From: an uncultured Prevotellaceae bacterium
GTDB lineage: Bacteria > Bacteroidota > Bacteroidia > Bacteroidales > Bacteroidaceae
Length of the DNA: 48,370 nt
Assembly: GCA_902803475.1 (NCBI GenBank)
Contig: CADCPZ010000211.1
Location: 1-48,370 of the forward strand
Reading direction: 5' to 3'
In this document: in pieces, positions 20,014 to 30,095 of the stretch
How positions within the stretch are numbered: the first letter of the stretch is position 1
How the letters are laid out: each line of letters begins with the position of its first letter
The notes under the pieces: generated by a model
The model's input: only the letters and a program-made list of their open reading frames with translations
What the model was told of the DNA's origin: nothing
Database searches by the model: none
Position numbers and translations under genes: made by a program

Positions 20014-21657
20014 ATGAAAAAGTATGTATTGATAGCTGCCGCAATGATGGCTGTAATGCCGATGGCAGCACAGGAAACCTATGAGAATGCAAGACTCTTG
20101 CAGGATGATCTGAATGGTACCGCCCGATATGTTGGTATGGGTGGTGCAATGGAAGCACTGGGTGCCGATATCTCTACTATTGGAACAAACCCTGCTGGTC
20201 TTGGTTTGTTTCGCCATTCAACCATTAACGGTTCATTTGGCATTGTAGCACAGGCGAGTGCACCTTCGTTTGCTCAAGGCACAAAAACAAATGTGAGTTT
20301 CGATCAGATTGGTTTTGTGTGGGCTTCCAAAAACGGTCGTAACTCGTACTTGAATTTCGGCTTCAACTTCAAGAAGAACAAGAACTTTGACTATATTCTT
20401 GCTGCTGCTGGAAATCTGGGGGGCCGTGCATCACAGAATGCGCTGTCGTTCCTGAAACTCATCGGAGCCGACGACCCTGTTACAGGTGAAACAACCTTTA
20501 ACTTTAAGAATGGTCATGGAACTGACATATGGACCTCTCAGCTGGACAATCTGTACTACAACCATTTGAACGTTGATAATCAGGGTGTTTTTGGCTATTC
20601 GTTTGCCAACAACTACCTGCTGAATCGTGAAGAGTCCGGATATATCGGTGAGTATAATTTCAATATCAGTGGCAACATTAACGACCGAGTGTTCCTCGGT
20701 ATGACCTTTGGTCTGAAAGACGTACACTACAAAGGGATTGCTACATATGCCGAAGACCTTGTAAGCAGTACTACACTAGGTCCTGCCGGTAACGTTGTTA
20801 CAGATGATGAACGTCGCGTTACGGGTTCAGGATTTGACATCAAAGCTGGTATCATTGTTCGTCCAGTTGCAGAATCTCCCTTCCGTATCGGTGCCTATGT
20901 GCATACTCCAACTTGGTATAGTTTGACAACTAAGAATTACACCAGGATGTACAACAATACCAATCCCCATATCGACGGTTATGATGAGCGCTTTTATCAG
21001 AGCAACGCATACGACTTCAAGCTTTTCACTCCTTGGAAGTTTGGTTTCAGCTTAGGTCACACCATCGGCAATTATCTGGCTATCGGTGCTACATACGAGT
21101 ATGCTGACTATTCATCAACTGACACGCGCGTCAATGATGGTGGATATTACGAAACATGGTACGACTGGTATGGACCTTATACCGAATACTACCAGGGTAG
21201 CTATAGCGATCGTGTCATGAATAGTCATACCGACAGAACGCTCAAAGGTGTTTCTACATTTAAGGTGGGTTTAGAATACAAACCAACTTCGGATTTGGCT
21301 GTACGCGCTGGTTATAACTACGTTTCTGCAATGTACAACAGCGATGGAGAAAAAGACGGAACTCTCGATTCCTATGGTACTAATTATGCAAGTGCTACGG
21401 ATTGGACTAATTGGAAATCAACCAACCGCTTTACCTTGGGTATCGGCTATAATATCGACAAGCTGAGTCTCGACCTCGCTTATCAATATAGCACACAGAA
21501 GGGTGACTTCACTCCGTTCCTCGGTGGAAACGGCGATGTTCATTATCTCGATGAAATAGGTCAACTTCAGACGCATCACATTGACAACTATGCTCCTACA
21601 ACAGAAGTTAAGAACAACCGTCACCAAGTTCTGTTTACAATCGGCTATCATTTCTAA
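20014..21657 (+). CDS. OmpP1/FadL-family outer-membrane beta-barrel
   Basis: LNGTARYVGMGGAMEALGADIS..GTNPAGLG N-terminus; C-terminal TIGYHF. Confidence 0.85.
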   Translation: MKKYVLIAAAMMAVMPMAAQETYENARLLQDDLNGTARYVGMGGAMEALGADISTIGTNPAGLGLFRHSTINGSFGIVAQASAPSFAQGTKTNVSFDQIGFVWASKNGRNSYLNFGFNFKKNKNFDYILAAAGNLGGRASQNALSFLKLIGADDPVTGETTFNFKNGHGTDIWTSQLDNLYYNHLNVDNQGVFGYSFANNYLLNREESGYIGEYNFNISGNINDRVFLGMTFGLKDVHYKGIATYAEDLVSSTTLGPAGNVVTDDERRVTGSGFDIKAGIIVRPVAESPFRIGAYVHTPTWYSLTTKNYTRMYNNTNPHIDGYDERFYQSNAYDFKLFTPWKFGFSLGHTIGNYLAIGATYEYADYSSTDTRVNDGGYYETWYDWYGPYTEYYQGSYSDRVMNSHTDRTLKGVSTFKVGLEYKPTSDLAVRAGYNYVSAMYNSDGEKDGTLDSYGTNYASATDWTNWKSTNRFTLGIGYNIDKLSLDLAYQYSTQKGDFTPFLGGNGDVHYLDEIGQLQTHHIDNYAPTTEVKNNRHQVLFTIGYHF

Positions 21658-21681
21658 GCAACAATAATTCGCTTAAAATAC

Positions 21682-21712
21682 ATGAGGATGTGCCCACTCG
21701 GCACATCCTCAT
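21682..21712. terminator. Hairpin between convergent genes
   Basis: Perfect 13-bp stem ATGAGGATGTGCC / GGCACATCCTCAT with a 5-nt loop. Confidence 0.75.
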
Positions 21713-21716
21713 TTGA

Positions 21717-21785
21717 TAAACGACCTGTCTTATCGATATAGCCATACTTGTTGTTTTCACCCAAGACGCAAGCTAAGCCCTCGTT
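21717..21785 (-). pseudogene. Single WG-repeat remnant
   Basis: Translates as NEGLACVLGENNKYGYIDKTGRL, matching the WG beta-repeat pattern EGLA.V....KYGYIDKTG; no plausible start codon. Confidence 0.6.
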
Positions 21786-21846
21786 GTTGCAGTGGTGCAG
21801 TTCAAAAATTAGCAAGGTGCAAGGGGGAAAGAAGGATGAGGGCATT

Positions 21847-23163
21847 TTAATCCATGAGTTCGAAGCCGCAGTAGGGAACGAGGACCTTCGGCACGCGAAT
21901 ACCTTCTGGTGTCTGGTTGTTCTCCATGATAGCGGCAACGATGCGGGGGAGTGCCAACGCTGAACCGTTCAGTGTGTGGCAAAGTTCAATCTTCTTATCC
22001 TCTGCATGGCGATAGCGACACTTCAGACGATTGGCCTGATAGGTGTCGAAATTGCTGACAGAAGATACTTCCAGCCAGCGATGCTGTGCTTCGCTATAAA
22101 CTTCGAAGTCGTAGCAGATTGCGGAGGTGAAACTCTGGTCGCCACCGCAGAGCAACAGAATGCGGTAGGGGAGTTCGAGCTTCTTCAAGAGGCCTTCCAC
22201 ATGTTCAAGCATCTCCTTGTGGCTCTCCTTAGAGTGTTCAGGCTTGTCGATGCGTACAATCTCTATCTTCGAAAATTCATGCAGACGGTTCAGGCCACGC
22301 ACGTCTTTACCATAACTACCGGCTTCACGACGGAAGCACTCGGTATATGCACAGTTTTTGATAGGCAGATCTTTCTCATCGAGGATGACATCACGGTAGA
22401 TATTGGTAACGGGCACCTCAGCGGTAGGGATGAGGTAGAAATCGTCTTCCTCGCAATGATACATCTGTCCTTCCTTGTCGGGCAACTGTCCTGTGCCGTA
22501 GCCAGAAGCAGCGTTGACAACTGTTGGCGGCATCATTTCGGTATAACCACTTTTGCGAGCTTCATCGAGGAAGAAGTTGATGAGGGCGCGCTGCAACCTG
22601 GCTCCCTTGCCCACATAGACAGGGAAACCGGCTCCAGTAATCTTCACACCCAAATCAAAGTCGATGAGGTTGTATTTCTTTGCCAATTCCCAATGGGGGA
22701 GTTTTGCCTCTCCGTTCTCAGGATTAGCCGTCCAATTGCCAACAGTATCGGTGCCGTCGCACTCCTTCAGGTTACTTTTTACGACGATATTGTCTTCGGC
22801 AGCTTTTCCTTCTGGCACTTCGTCATAAGGGATGTTGGGAATCTGACAGAGTAGCGTGTTCATCTCTTTCTCGGAGGTTTCCATCTCCTCACGGAAGGTT
22901 TTCTCAGCTTGTTTCAACTCGCCCACGCGAACTTTGATCTGTTCAGCCTCATCACGCTTGCCTTCCTTCATCAGGGCACCAATCTGCTTCGACAACTGAT
23001 TGCTCTCCATCTTGGTGTTGTCAGCTTTCTGCTGTGCCTCACGACGACGTTTATCAATAGCCAAAACCTGTTCGACGGCAGCCTGTGCACCCTCGAAATG
23101 TTTTTTTTCCAAACCACGTACAACGCGGTCAGTTTCTTCTTTAATCAGATTTAATGTAAGCAT
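21847..23163 (-). CDS. serS: Serine--tRNA ligase
   Basis: GTGQLP, YLIPTAEVP, CFRREAGSYG, GLNRLHEF, EVSSVSN, HTLNGSALA. Confidence 0.98.
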   Translation of the reverse strand: MLTLNLIKEETDRVVRGLEKKHFEGAQAAVEQVLAIDKRRREAQQKADNTKMESNQLSKQIGALMKEGKRDEAEQIKVRVGELKQAEKTFREEMETSEKEMNTLLCQIPNIPYDEVPEGKAAEDNIVVKSNLKECDGTDTVGNWTANPENGEAKLPHWELAKKYNLIDFDLGVKITGAGFPVYVGKGARLQRALINFFLDEARKSGYTEMMPPTVVNAASGYGTGQLPDKEGQMYHCEEDDFYLIPTAEVPVTNIYRDVILDEKDLPIKNCAYTECFRREAGSYGKDVRGLNRLHEFSKIEIVRIDKPEHSKESHKEMLEHVEGLLKKLELPYRILLLCGGDQSFTSAICYDFEVYSEAQHRWLEVSSVSNFDTYQANRLKCRYRHAEDKKIELCHTLNGSALALPRIVAAIMENNQTPEGIRVPKVLVPYCGFELMD

Positions 23164-23175
23164 ATTTTTTCGTAT

Positions 23176-23598
23176 TTATTTCAAAAACTTATTTTGCCAC
23201 TCTTGATAGTATGCAGGTTTATCAGTCATCAAATTGCCATCGGGGTCGATGAACAATTGTGTGGATGATGCCTCAGCACACAACTGATGGTCACTCTCGC
23301 GAAAGATTTGATAGACATAGTCGAGACGGGCACCACGCTTATAAACATATTTAGTATGTATCTCTGCCACATCATTGATGCGCAACGAAGCATAATATTT
23401 GATATGCATGTCGTACATCGGAGCATAGATACCACTACGCTGGATGTCTTCATAGCCAAGACCAGGATAATGACGTCCAAACGACTCACGACCATCTTCC
23501 ATATATGTGACATAAGACCCGTGCCACGCTACGCACATGGAATCTATTTCACTGAATTTCACAGGAATACGACAGATGTCTTCAAGTTCTTTTTTCAT
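23176..23598 (-). CDS. Hotdog-fold acyl-CoA/ACP thioesterase (4HBT-like)
   Basis: VKFSEIDSM.VAWHGSY..YMEDGRE motif. Confidence 0.88.
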   Translation of the reverse strand: MKKELEDICRIPVKFSEIDSMCVAWHGSYVTYMEDGRESFGRHYPGLGYEDIQRSGIYAPMYDMHIKYYASLRINDVAEIHTKYVYKRGARLDYVYQIFRESDHQLCAEASSTQLFIDPDGNLMTDKPAYYQEWQNKFLK

Positions 23599-23603
23599 CT
23601 TAA

Positions 23604-24200
23604 TCAGGGTACGAAAACAGTATCGTTTACTTTTCCGTTGAACGAGAAGTTAGAGAACAGATACTCTGTATAGTTCTTGCCACGCTCGTTCATGCGCAGC
23701 GATTTTATCTCTGATGTCTTAGTGTCCAATACCAACACGAATGACGAGAACATCATCTTCTTCTTACTATCTGGTATAATAGTAATTGTCAGATGCTGGC
23801 CGTTTTTTATCACATTGACACCAGCATGTTTGGTAATGTCTGTTGAACCACCAGAGAGGATGCTTTGAAATACGGCCTGGAAGGTAGCAAACTGAACATT
23901 CTTCTTACTGTCGGTAACGTGTTTCTTGCCTCCCTTTACCATTGTGAATGTGGTACCGTTCATAATAAGCTTATCCTTTCCGCCATCGACAATGATACTC
24001 ACCTTATTTGGTTTTTTCATATAGAATGACCCTTTGCTACTACCATTCTTCTTGACAGCAGAACTATGCTTCACGCAAGTGACAGCAGCCGTAACGCCTG
24101 TACTGTTCTTATACTTTGCGACAACCTTTTGGAAATCGCTTTGTGCTGATGCAGTCAGGCAAGCCAGCACTGCCAGCATCATCATTAATTTCTTTTTCAT
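23604..24200 (-). CDS. LolA-like periplasmic carrier protein
   Basis: Signal peptide; SKGSFYMKKPNKV and YTEYLFSNFSFNGKVNDTVF LolA-type strands; cluster context. Confidence 0.75.
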   Translation of the reverse strand: MKKKLMMMLAVLACLTASAQSDFQKVVAKYKNSTGVTAAVTCVKHSSAVKKNGSSKGSFYMKKPNKVSIIVDGGKDKLIMNGTTFTMVKGGKKHVTDSKKNVQFATFQAVFQSILSGGSTDITKHAGVNVIKNGQHLTITIIPDSKKKMMFSSFVLVLDTKTSEIKSLRMNERGKNYTEYLFSNFSFNGKVNDTVFVP

Positions 24201-24225
24201 ATTCTTATTTTTTAATAATTCTCAA

Positions 24226-24954
24226 TTATGTATAAAGTCCTCCGTTGATAGAGATAACGTTGCCTGTGATATAACCTGAAGCAGGGGATGCAAGAAATCC
24301 AACCAGTTCTGCAACCTCTTCCGGCTGACCGAAGCGGTTGGCAGGGATGGTCTTTTTCAATGTTGCTTCATCCAGACCTTCAACCATATCGGTTTTAATA
24401 AAACCTGGAGCCACAGCATTGACTGTTATATTTTTGCGTGCTACTTCCTGAGCCAGCGCTTTCGTGGCAGCGATGATACCACCTTTGGCTGCGGAATAGT
24501 TGGTTTGTCCAGGCAGGCCTTTGATACCACTAACGCTTGCCATGTTGATAATGCGTCCGAACTTATGCAGTTGCATGCCAGGCAATAACGGCTGGGTAAC
24601 ATTATAGAAACCGCCCAACGTAATGTCGAGTACACGTGTCCAGTCTTCTGCTGGCATCAGCGCCATCACGTTATCACGACGGATACCTGCATTATTGACC
24701 AACACTTCTATATATTCCTCAGGATGGGCCTGTTGCCATTCCTCCAACGCAGCACGCGTCTGCTGCTGGTTGCTGACATCAAATTTCAGCATCTCACCGT
24801 CTTGTCCTTCAGCACGCACCAACTCCAGCGTCTTCTCCGCTTCGGTGGTATTGTTAACATAGTTGATAATAATCTGATAGCCCATCTGAGCGAGTTTCAG
24901 GCATACGGCGCGACCGATGCCACGACTTCCTCCAGTTACTAATGCGTATTTCAT
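24226..24954 (-). CDS. fabG: 3-oxoacyl-ACP reductase (cluster-associated)
   Basis: TGGSRGIG, NNAGIRRD, YSAAK, VAPGFI, NGG. Confidence 0.92.
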   Translation of the reverse strand: MKYALVTGGSRGIGRAVCLKLAQMGYQIIINYVNNTTEAEKTLELVRAEGQDGEMLKFDVSNQQQTRAALEEWQQAHPEEYIEVLVNNAGIRRDNVMALMPAEDWTRVLDITLGGFYNVTQPLLPGMQLHKFGRIINMASVSGIKGLPGQTNYSAAKGGIIAATKALAQEVARKNITVNAVAPGFIKTDMVEGLDEATLKKTIPANRFGQPEEVAELVGFLASPASGYITGNVISINGGLYT

Positions 24955-24995
24955 ATTTTCTATATTTGGGTGTTAAAAATGAAGTTTTTATTGAG

Positions 24996-26474
24996 TTATA
25001 TCTGAATAATGTTCCAGATCTTTTCTTTTCCTAAGATTTCAGCACAGGTAAACAGCGATGTGGCTGTAACGCCCTGTATGCCGTGCATCATCAGATTCTG
25101 ACCTGTCAGCAGCAAATTGGGTATAGGGGTACGAGGCGACAGAATAGTCATCATTGGATTCTGATAATCCTTTCTGATGCCGTAGGCCGAACCCTCTGGG
25201 GTCAATGTGTAGTCGCGATAGGTGAGAGGCGTACTGACATAGCTTTCTTCCACCATCTCGTGAAGGCCAGGTATCACTCTTTCTGCCAGACAGATACATT
25301 CCTCTGCGAGTTGTTCCTTCATCCGGAGGTATTCTTCTCCACGACGACCGATGTTGGTATCGGCCCATGCTTCGCATTGATTCCACATCATAGGTGTCAG
25401 CAAGTCAATTTGCCGAGTGTAATCAGATTGTTCAGGCACACGACAACTGATCATCAGTCCATCAATGGATGCTGTGTTCTCGTAAAACGTCCATACGTTG
25501 TCTGTTTTGTAAACGAACTTATTATGATTGAAATAGGGAAGGGCAGCATCCTTCAGGCACAATGATACGGTGAGCATGCCGAAGGTATTTTCCAGTTGAC
25601 TCATACGACGACGATAGACCTTCTTCACAAACTGACTCTCCTTCACCCATTGAGTGGTAATCAAAGGATGCACATCACTGATGAAGATGTCGCCTTCTAC
25701 GATACTTCCATCCTTGCAAACGGCTGCAGTGATACGTCCGTTCTTTTCTATGAGTTCCTGAACCTCGGCACCACAAACCACCTCGCCACCATTCTGACGG
25801 ATGGTGTTGGTCAATGATTCCACTAATTGATTACCGTCGCCTTTCAGTCGCCAACTGCTTCCCATGAAACCACTATTGCCGTGAGCAAACGTAAACAACG
25901 GCAAGGTGGACTTGTTTAGTTCCATTTTTAGCGACGTACCAGACAACACATTGATGAGTCGTTCATCGTGGAAGGTCTGATGGAGATAGTCATAGGTGTT
26001 GGTATTCTGCAGGAATGCAGAAAACTCCTTGTCAAACACGCCGTCTGGACGGAGAAACGTATATTCTTCGTCTTCCGTTTTCTTCAACAATTTGGTATAG
26101 CTGTAGAGAGCTTCACGTTCTGCAGGAAAGTCTTTGGCCAGTTGTTCTGCAAAGACTTCATATCCTTCTGCGAAGGAGTAGGTATGAGACCCGATAGTTA
26201 CTTGGTCGAAACCATCTGCATCTAACCGTTGCCAAGGAAGATTCATCAAGCCCAAATAGTTGAAAACGCCATGAAGAGACTGCCCTTCGGCGAGTGCTCC
26301 CACATAGTGCAAGCCCGTATCATAGGCATGTCCCTTGCGGCGATAGCTCTGCATGCAGCCACCAGGTTGCTGTTCACGTTCCAATAACAGAACGTGTTTG
26401 CCGGATTTAGACAGAATGACTCCGCATTCCAATCCTCCCAATCCGCTACCAATAATGACTACATCGTATCTCAT
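24996..26474 (-). CDS. FAD-dependent oxidoreductase, phytoene desaturase/retinol saturase family
   Basis: IIGSGLGGL, GGCMQSY.R.G..YDTGLHYVG, STPLTYRDY...PEGSAYG, LTGQNL..HG. Confidence 0.88.
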   Translation of the reverse strand: MRYDVVIIGSGLGGLECGVILSKSGKHVLLLEREQQPGGCMQSYRRKGHAYDTGLHYVGALAEGQSLHGVFNYLGLMNLPWQRLDADGFDQVTIGSHTYSFAEGYEVFAEQLAKDFPAEREALYSYTKLLKKTEDEEYTFLRPDGVFDKEFSAFLQNTNTYDYLHQTFHDERLINVLSGTSLKMELNKSTLPLFTFAHGNSGFMGSSWRLKGDGNQLVESLTNTIRQNGGEVVCGAEVQELIEKNGRITAAVCKDGSIVEGDIFISDVHPLITTQWVKESQFVKKVYRRRMSQLENTFGMLTVSLCLKDAALPYFNHNKFVYKTDNVWTFYENTASIDGLMISCRVPEQSDYTRQIDLLTPMMWNQCEAWADTNIGRRGEEYLRMKEQLAEECICLAERVIPGLHEMVEESYVSTPLTYRDYTLTPEGSAYGIRKDYQNPMMTILSPRTPIPNLLLTGQNLMMHGIQGVTATSLFTCAEILGKEKIWNIIQI

Positions 26475-26507
26475 TTATTACTATTGACGAGTGAATGTGG
26501 TATTCGT

Positions 26508-29003
26508 TTAATTATTTTTCTTCATCCATTTGAATATGGCTGGCTGCAGTACGTAAGCAATGATGACAGCTGAAAGCATACCCGTCAACGTGGCAAAACC
26601 AACCGACTTTATGGCTGGATGCTGTGCAATGAGCATGGAGCTGACCGTCACAATCAGAATGACGGCACTAAAGAAGATGGCAGTCTTGTGGTATGCCAAC
26701 TTCTTGGAATCCTTATCGTTGTCAATCAGACCATTCATCACGAAGATGCTGTAGTCAACACCAATACCAAAGATAAACGTTGAGATGATGATATTGATGA
26801 GGTTAAACTGCATCTTGAAGATCACCATCGCACCCAATACAATGAGCCAGCTCATCAAGATAGGCATGAAGCCCAGTAACGTGTACTTGATATTGAATCG
26901 GAAACTAAACAGCAGCACCAGAAACACAAACAGCATGGATATCCATTGCAGCACGTTGAAGTCGTCGTTCAACTGGTTCAGGGTGTCTGTTGTATAGTAA
27001 TAAGTATCGAGCACCAATAGGTTGGGGGTATTGGCAACGGCATCACAGATACGGATATAGTCGCTTTGACTGCTGCGTATGGAGTCGTTAGCGCAACGTA
27101 CGGAGGTGAAGCAGAGATAGTCACCATTGTAGGACTGTTCCATCAAGGTTGACTGATAGCCCACCGGGATGATGCCTGCCTGATAGAAAGCGTCTGGTTC
27201 ATAGTTAGCGGTAGCTGCATCGAAGAATACATCAAAAGCTTCTGCATTCAAATCTGCTTGTGGAGCTGTTTGCGCAATCAACTGGCGTACACGCTGCTGG
27301 CGTTCTGATGTCCAGTAGTTCTTCCATGCATCAATGCGCTGCTGCTGAACTTTTTGGGGAACGAATATCTGATTGGTATGGGTATAGCTCTTTACCAGCC
27401 CTAACTGCTGAAGGGAGTCGAGCTTCTTATCTAACACCTGGAAGTTCTCGATGGCTTCCTCCATCGTCTTTCCTGAACTGGCGAAGTACTTTTGTTTGTC
27501 GCCGGTATAAGTCTTGTTGCGCAGCAGGTTCTCGGAATAGGTTGTATTTTCTGCCTCGTAACCCAAATCGTGCATGTCTGCATCGAAATGAGTGCCGCCA
27601 ACAATATAGAAACCTATGCACACCAAGGCAACAACAACGATGCCGAATACCAGCGGTTTCTTCTGGTCGAAAGGATAGGCATTGATACGGTCAATCCATG
27701 CAAAGGCACGATGATTGATTTTATTGTGCTTAGGATTCAGCATCTGTGGCAGGAAAATCAAACTGAATAGCGTGGTGCCAGAAATGGCAAAGGCCGCAAA
27801 CAGTCCAAAGTCCTGTAACAAGTCTGTCTGGATGAATATCAGTCCCAAGAAGGAACCGATGGTGGTAATACATCCTAATAAGACAGGCTTCACCTGATCG
27901 CGCAACACAAGTTCCGGATCGTTGACATATTTAAAATGAGTCAACACATGTAGAACGTAGCTCAAGGCTACACCCAATACGATGGCTCCGATTCCCAATG
28001 CCAGGAGTGAGAACTGTCCCTTGATGAAGTACATAGCTGTCAAGCCTACCATTGCACCAAAGGCGACAGGCAGGAGCAACAAGGGAAGCGTATTCCAGTT
28101 CCTGAAACAAATGAAAATGAATATCAACACCAAGATCAGTGAACCTATAATCGTTCCTGTCAGGTCGGATTTAATAACTGTTGAGTTATAATAGCCGCTG
28201 GCAGGTGTACCATGATAGGTGATTTTTACGTTAGGATGTGACTTCTCGAACAGTTTGATTTGCTCATTCAAAATACGGAAGAGGGTAGATCCCTGACCTG
28301 TATTCGTTGCAGAGAAACGGGGTGTAATGATGGCAATGCAGACGGTTGAGTCGGGCACGAAGAAATGGTTGTTAATTGTGTTATAGCTGCCAGAAGAGCC
28401 TTCCATAAAGGGTTTCATCTGTTCCAATAGCAGGTTACGCATACCTATTGGATCCATCTGAATGAGGTCTGGGAAGGTCTCACCAAACTCACTCGTCAGG
28501 TCTTCATGGTTCTGCTTCATCTGACGTTGCATGTGTTCAGCGGTGAGCAACGTATCGAAATGGGCATACACGCTGGTATCGATGAACGAAGGTAGATGGG
28601 CATTCAAGTAGTCAATGGCATCGAACATCAATTCGTCGGGCAGCTGATAGAACACATCATCTAACACCTGATGGGTGCTGTCGAGGGCTTCATTCTGTAC
28701 TTTCAGCGAATCGATGAAAGCATCGCAGGTTTCAGAAAGCTGTTCAACAAGAGTATCTTTTTTGGTGTTATTCTTAGCTTCAAACAAGAGGAATGTCTTG
28801 TCCTTTATGCGTAAGTCTGCAAAAGCCAGTTTGGTACTTCCATCCTCATTTTTGGATGAAGGCATCAACTTGTTGATATCTTCTTCCAGATGAATCTGTG
28901 TTGAGAAATAGCCGAAAAAAACAAACGAAGCAACCATCGAGAGCCAAAAGGCCATACGATGGTTGTGAAAATATTTGTATATTTTAATGAATAGTTCTGT
29001 CAT
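26508..29003 (-). CDS. MMPL/RND-family lipid transporter
   Basis: Two TM bundles with large loops; GVALSY and GIGVDYSIF motifs; DPIGM. Confidence 0.88.
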   Translation of the reverse strand: MTELFIKIYKYFHNHRMAFWLSMVASFVFFGYFSTQIHLEEDINKLMPSSKNEDGSTKLAFADLRIKDKTFLLFEAKNNTKKDTLVEQLSETCDAFIDSLKVQNEALDSTHQVLDDVFYQLPDELMFDAIDYLNAHLPSFIDTSVYAHFDTLLTAEHMQRQMKQNHEDLTSEFGETFPDLIQMDPIGMRNLLLEQMKPFMEGSSGSYNTINNHFFVPDSTVCIAIITPRFSATNTGQGSTLFRILNEQIKLFEKSHPNVKITYHGTPASGYYNSTVIKSDLTGTIIGSLILVLIFIFICFRNWNTLPLLLLPVAFGAMVGLTAMYFIKGQFSLLALGIGAIVLGVALSYVLHVLTHFKYVNDPELVLRDQVKPVLLGCITTIGSFLGLIFIQTDLLQDFGLFAAFAISGTTLFSLIFLPQMLNPKHNKINHRAFAWIDRINAYPFDQKKPLVFGIVVVALVCIGFYIVGGTHFDADMHDLGYEAENTTYSENLLRNKTYTGDKQKYFASSGKTMEEAIENFQVLDKKLDSLQQLGLVKSYTHTNQIFVPQKVQQQRIDAWKNYWTSERQQRVRQLIAQTAPQADLNAEAFDVFFDAATANYEPDAFYQAGIIPVGYQSTLMEQSYNGDYLCFTSVRCANDSIRSSQSDYIRICDAVANTPNLLVLDTYYYTTDTLNQLNDDFNVLQWISMLFVFLVLLFSFRFNIKYTLLGFMPILMSWLIVLGAMVIFKMQFNLINIIISTFIFGIGVDYSIFVMNGLIDNDKDSKKLAYHKTAIFFSAVILIVTVSSMLIAQHPAIKSVGFATLTGMLSAVIIAYVLQPAIFKWMKKNN

Positions 29004-29374
29004 AGAATAATCATGTCTCCTTTATATTCCATGTATGTTTGATGTGCATCTGCAATTGTTGCAAGAATCATATAACCCTGTTGGACTGCCGCTGCTGTTA
29101 TTTTGACTGATATCTCCGGACAAATCGAAGGGGTGGCAACAGCTGTGAGCCGACATTGCTTAATTGTTGAAATCAACAGCTTCTTACCAGTCAGCATCAT
29201 TGCACATTCTTTGATGGTTTCTATATTACATACGCCTGGACAAACGGGATTGCCAGGAAAGTGTCCCCGATAGACGTCACAATCCGGATTCAACGCCAGA
29301 TGGTAAGTCTTTGTCAATGGAGACTCTGAATCTTCCACACGTATGAGATGGTAGTATTTGTTTTCGAGCAACAT
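29000..29374 (-). CDS. FabZ/ApeI-like dehydratase
   Basis: YRGHFPGNPVCPGVCNIE. Confidence 0.88.
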   Translation of the reverse strand: MLLENKYYHLIRVEDSESPLTKTYHLALNPDCDVYRGHFPGNPVCPGVCNIETIKECAMMLTGKKLLISTIKQCRLTAVATPSICPEISVKITAAAVQQGYMILATIADAHQTYMEYKGDMIIL

Positions 29375-29383
29375 AACGAGCAG

Positions 29384-29800
29384 TTATTGTTCAACGAATA
29401 TTTTCATTTTCGTATCAGCTACGACTTCTTCACCCACTCGCGTTTCACCCGTCAGCATCGTCACACCAGCAACTTCAGCCCCCATTGTAATGGTAGTATG
29501 TAGCCGTTCGCCGATAGCAGGACGTCTGTAGCAATGGAAGTGCTTCACCTCACCAATATAGCCAACGGGTGGGGTAGTAGCTCCTTGCTGTAGGGCCTGA
29601 TAACCAGCAAAAGCCGAAGCTGACTGAGCAATATGCTCAATCAAGCCTGGCTCTGCAAACAGATGATCCTCGTCGATAAAGTAATTGTCTGCCTTGATAA
29701 GCAAACATGTTTCAGCCGTATCGCCTTCTACACGTATTAGTTCATCAACTTGGATGATGGGGTTGCGTTGGGGAATGAGTTCTTGTATGTCTCTTTCCAT
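29384..29800 (-). CDS. ApeP-like hotdog dehydratase partner
   Basis: LIPQRNPIIQVD, GLIEHIAQSASA, GYIGEVK. Confidence 0.85.
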   Translation of the reverse strand: MERDIQELIPQRNPIIQVDELIRVEGDTAETCLLIKADNYFIDEDHLFAEPGLIEHIAQSASAFAGYQALQQGATTPPVGYIGEVKHFHCYRRPAIGERLHTTITMGAEVAGVTMLTGETRVGEEVVADTKMKIFVEQ

Positions 29801-30039
29801 TATAAGTGGTTCTCTATATAGTCATAGAGGTCATTGAAGGTTTTTATCTTTGGCAGATCAGATACGGGCACCTTAATTTTGTAGGTGTACTGAATAATTG
29901 CTACCAAGTCAACCAAGCTCAAGCTGTCGAGTGCGAGTGTTTCTTTAACATTTGCATCGGGAGCAAAATTGCTGTCTTCTACTTCAAATTCTTCTGCTAA
30001 TACACTATTAACCTGAGCAATAATTTCTTCGCGTGTCAT
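29800..30039 (-). CDS. Acyl carrier protein (cluster-specific)
   Basis: 79-aa acidic protein with LDSLSLVDL phosphopantetheine site. Confidence 0.9.
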   Translation of the reverse strand: MTREEIIAQVNSVLAEEFEVEDSNFAPDANVKETLALDSLSLVDLVAIIQYTYKIKVPVSDLPKIKTFNDLYDYIENHL

Positions 30040-30095
30040 AATTTATTATACCTTATTTATATTATTACTATTATTATTACTATAAATATAATTTC

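Noticed and set aside
21976-22854. 292-aa plus-strand ORF
   Set aside because: Antisense to serS, explained by codon bias.
24996-26474. Carotenoid biosynthesis suggested by the phytoene-desaturase-like gene
   Set aside because: No crtB/crtE/crtY nearby; the context is acyl-ACP chemistry.
30040-30095. ATTATTACT duplication between KS and ACP
   Set aside because: Short low-complexity AT-rich spacer, expected by chance.
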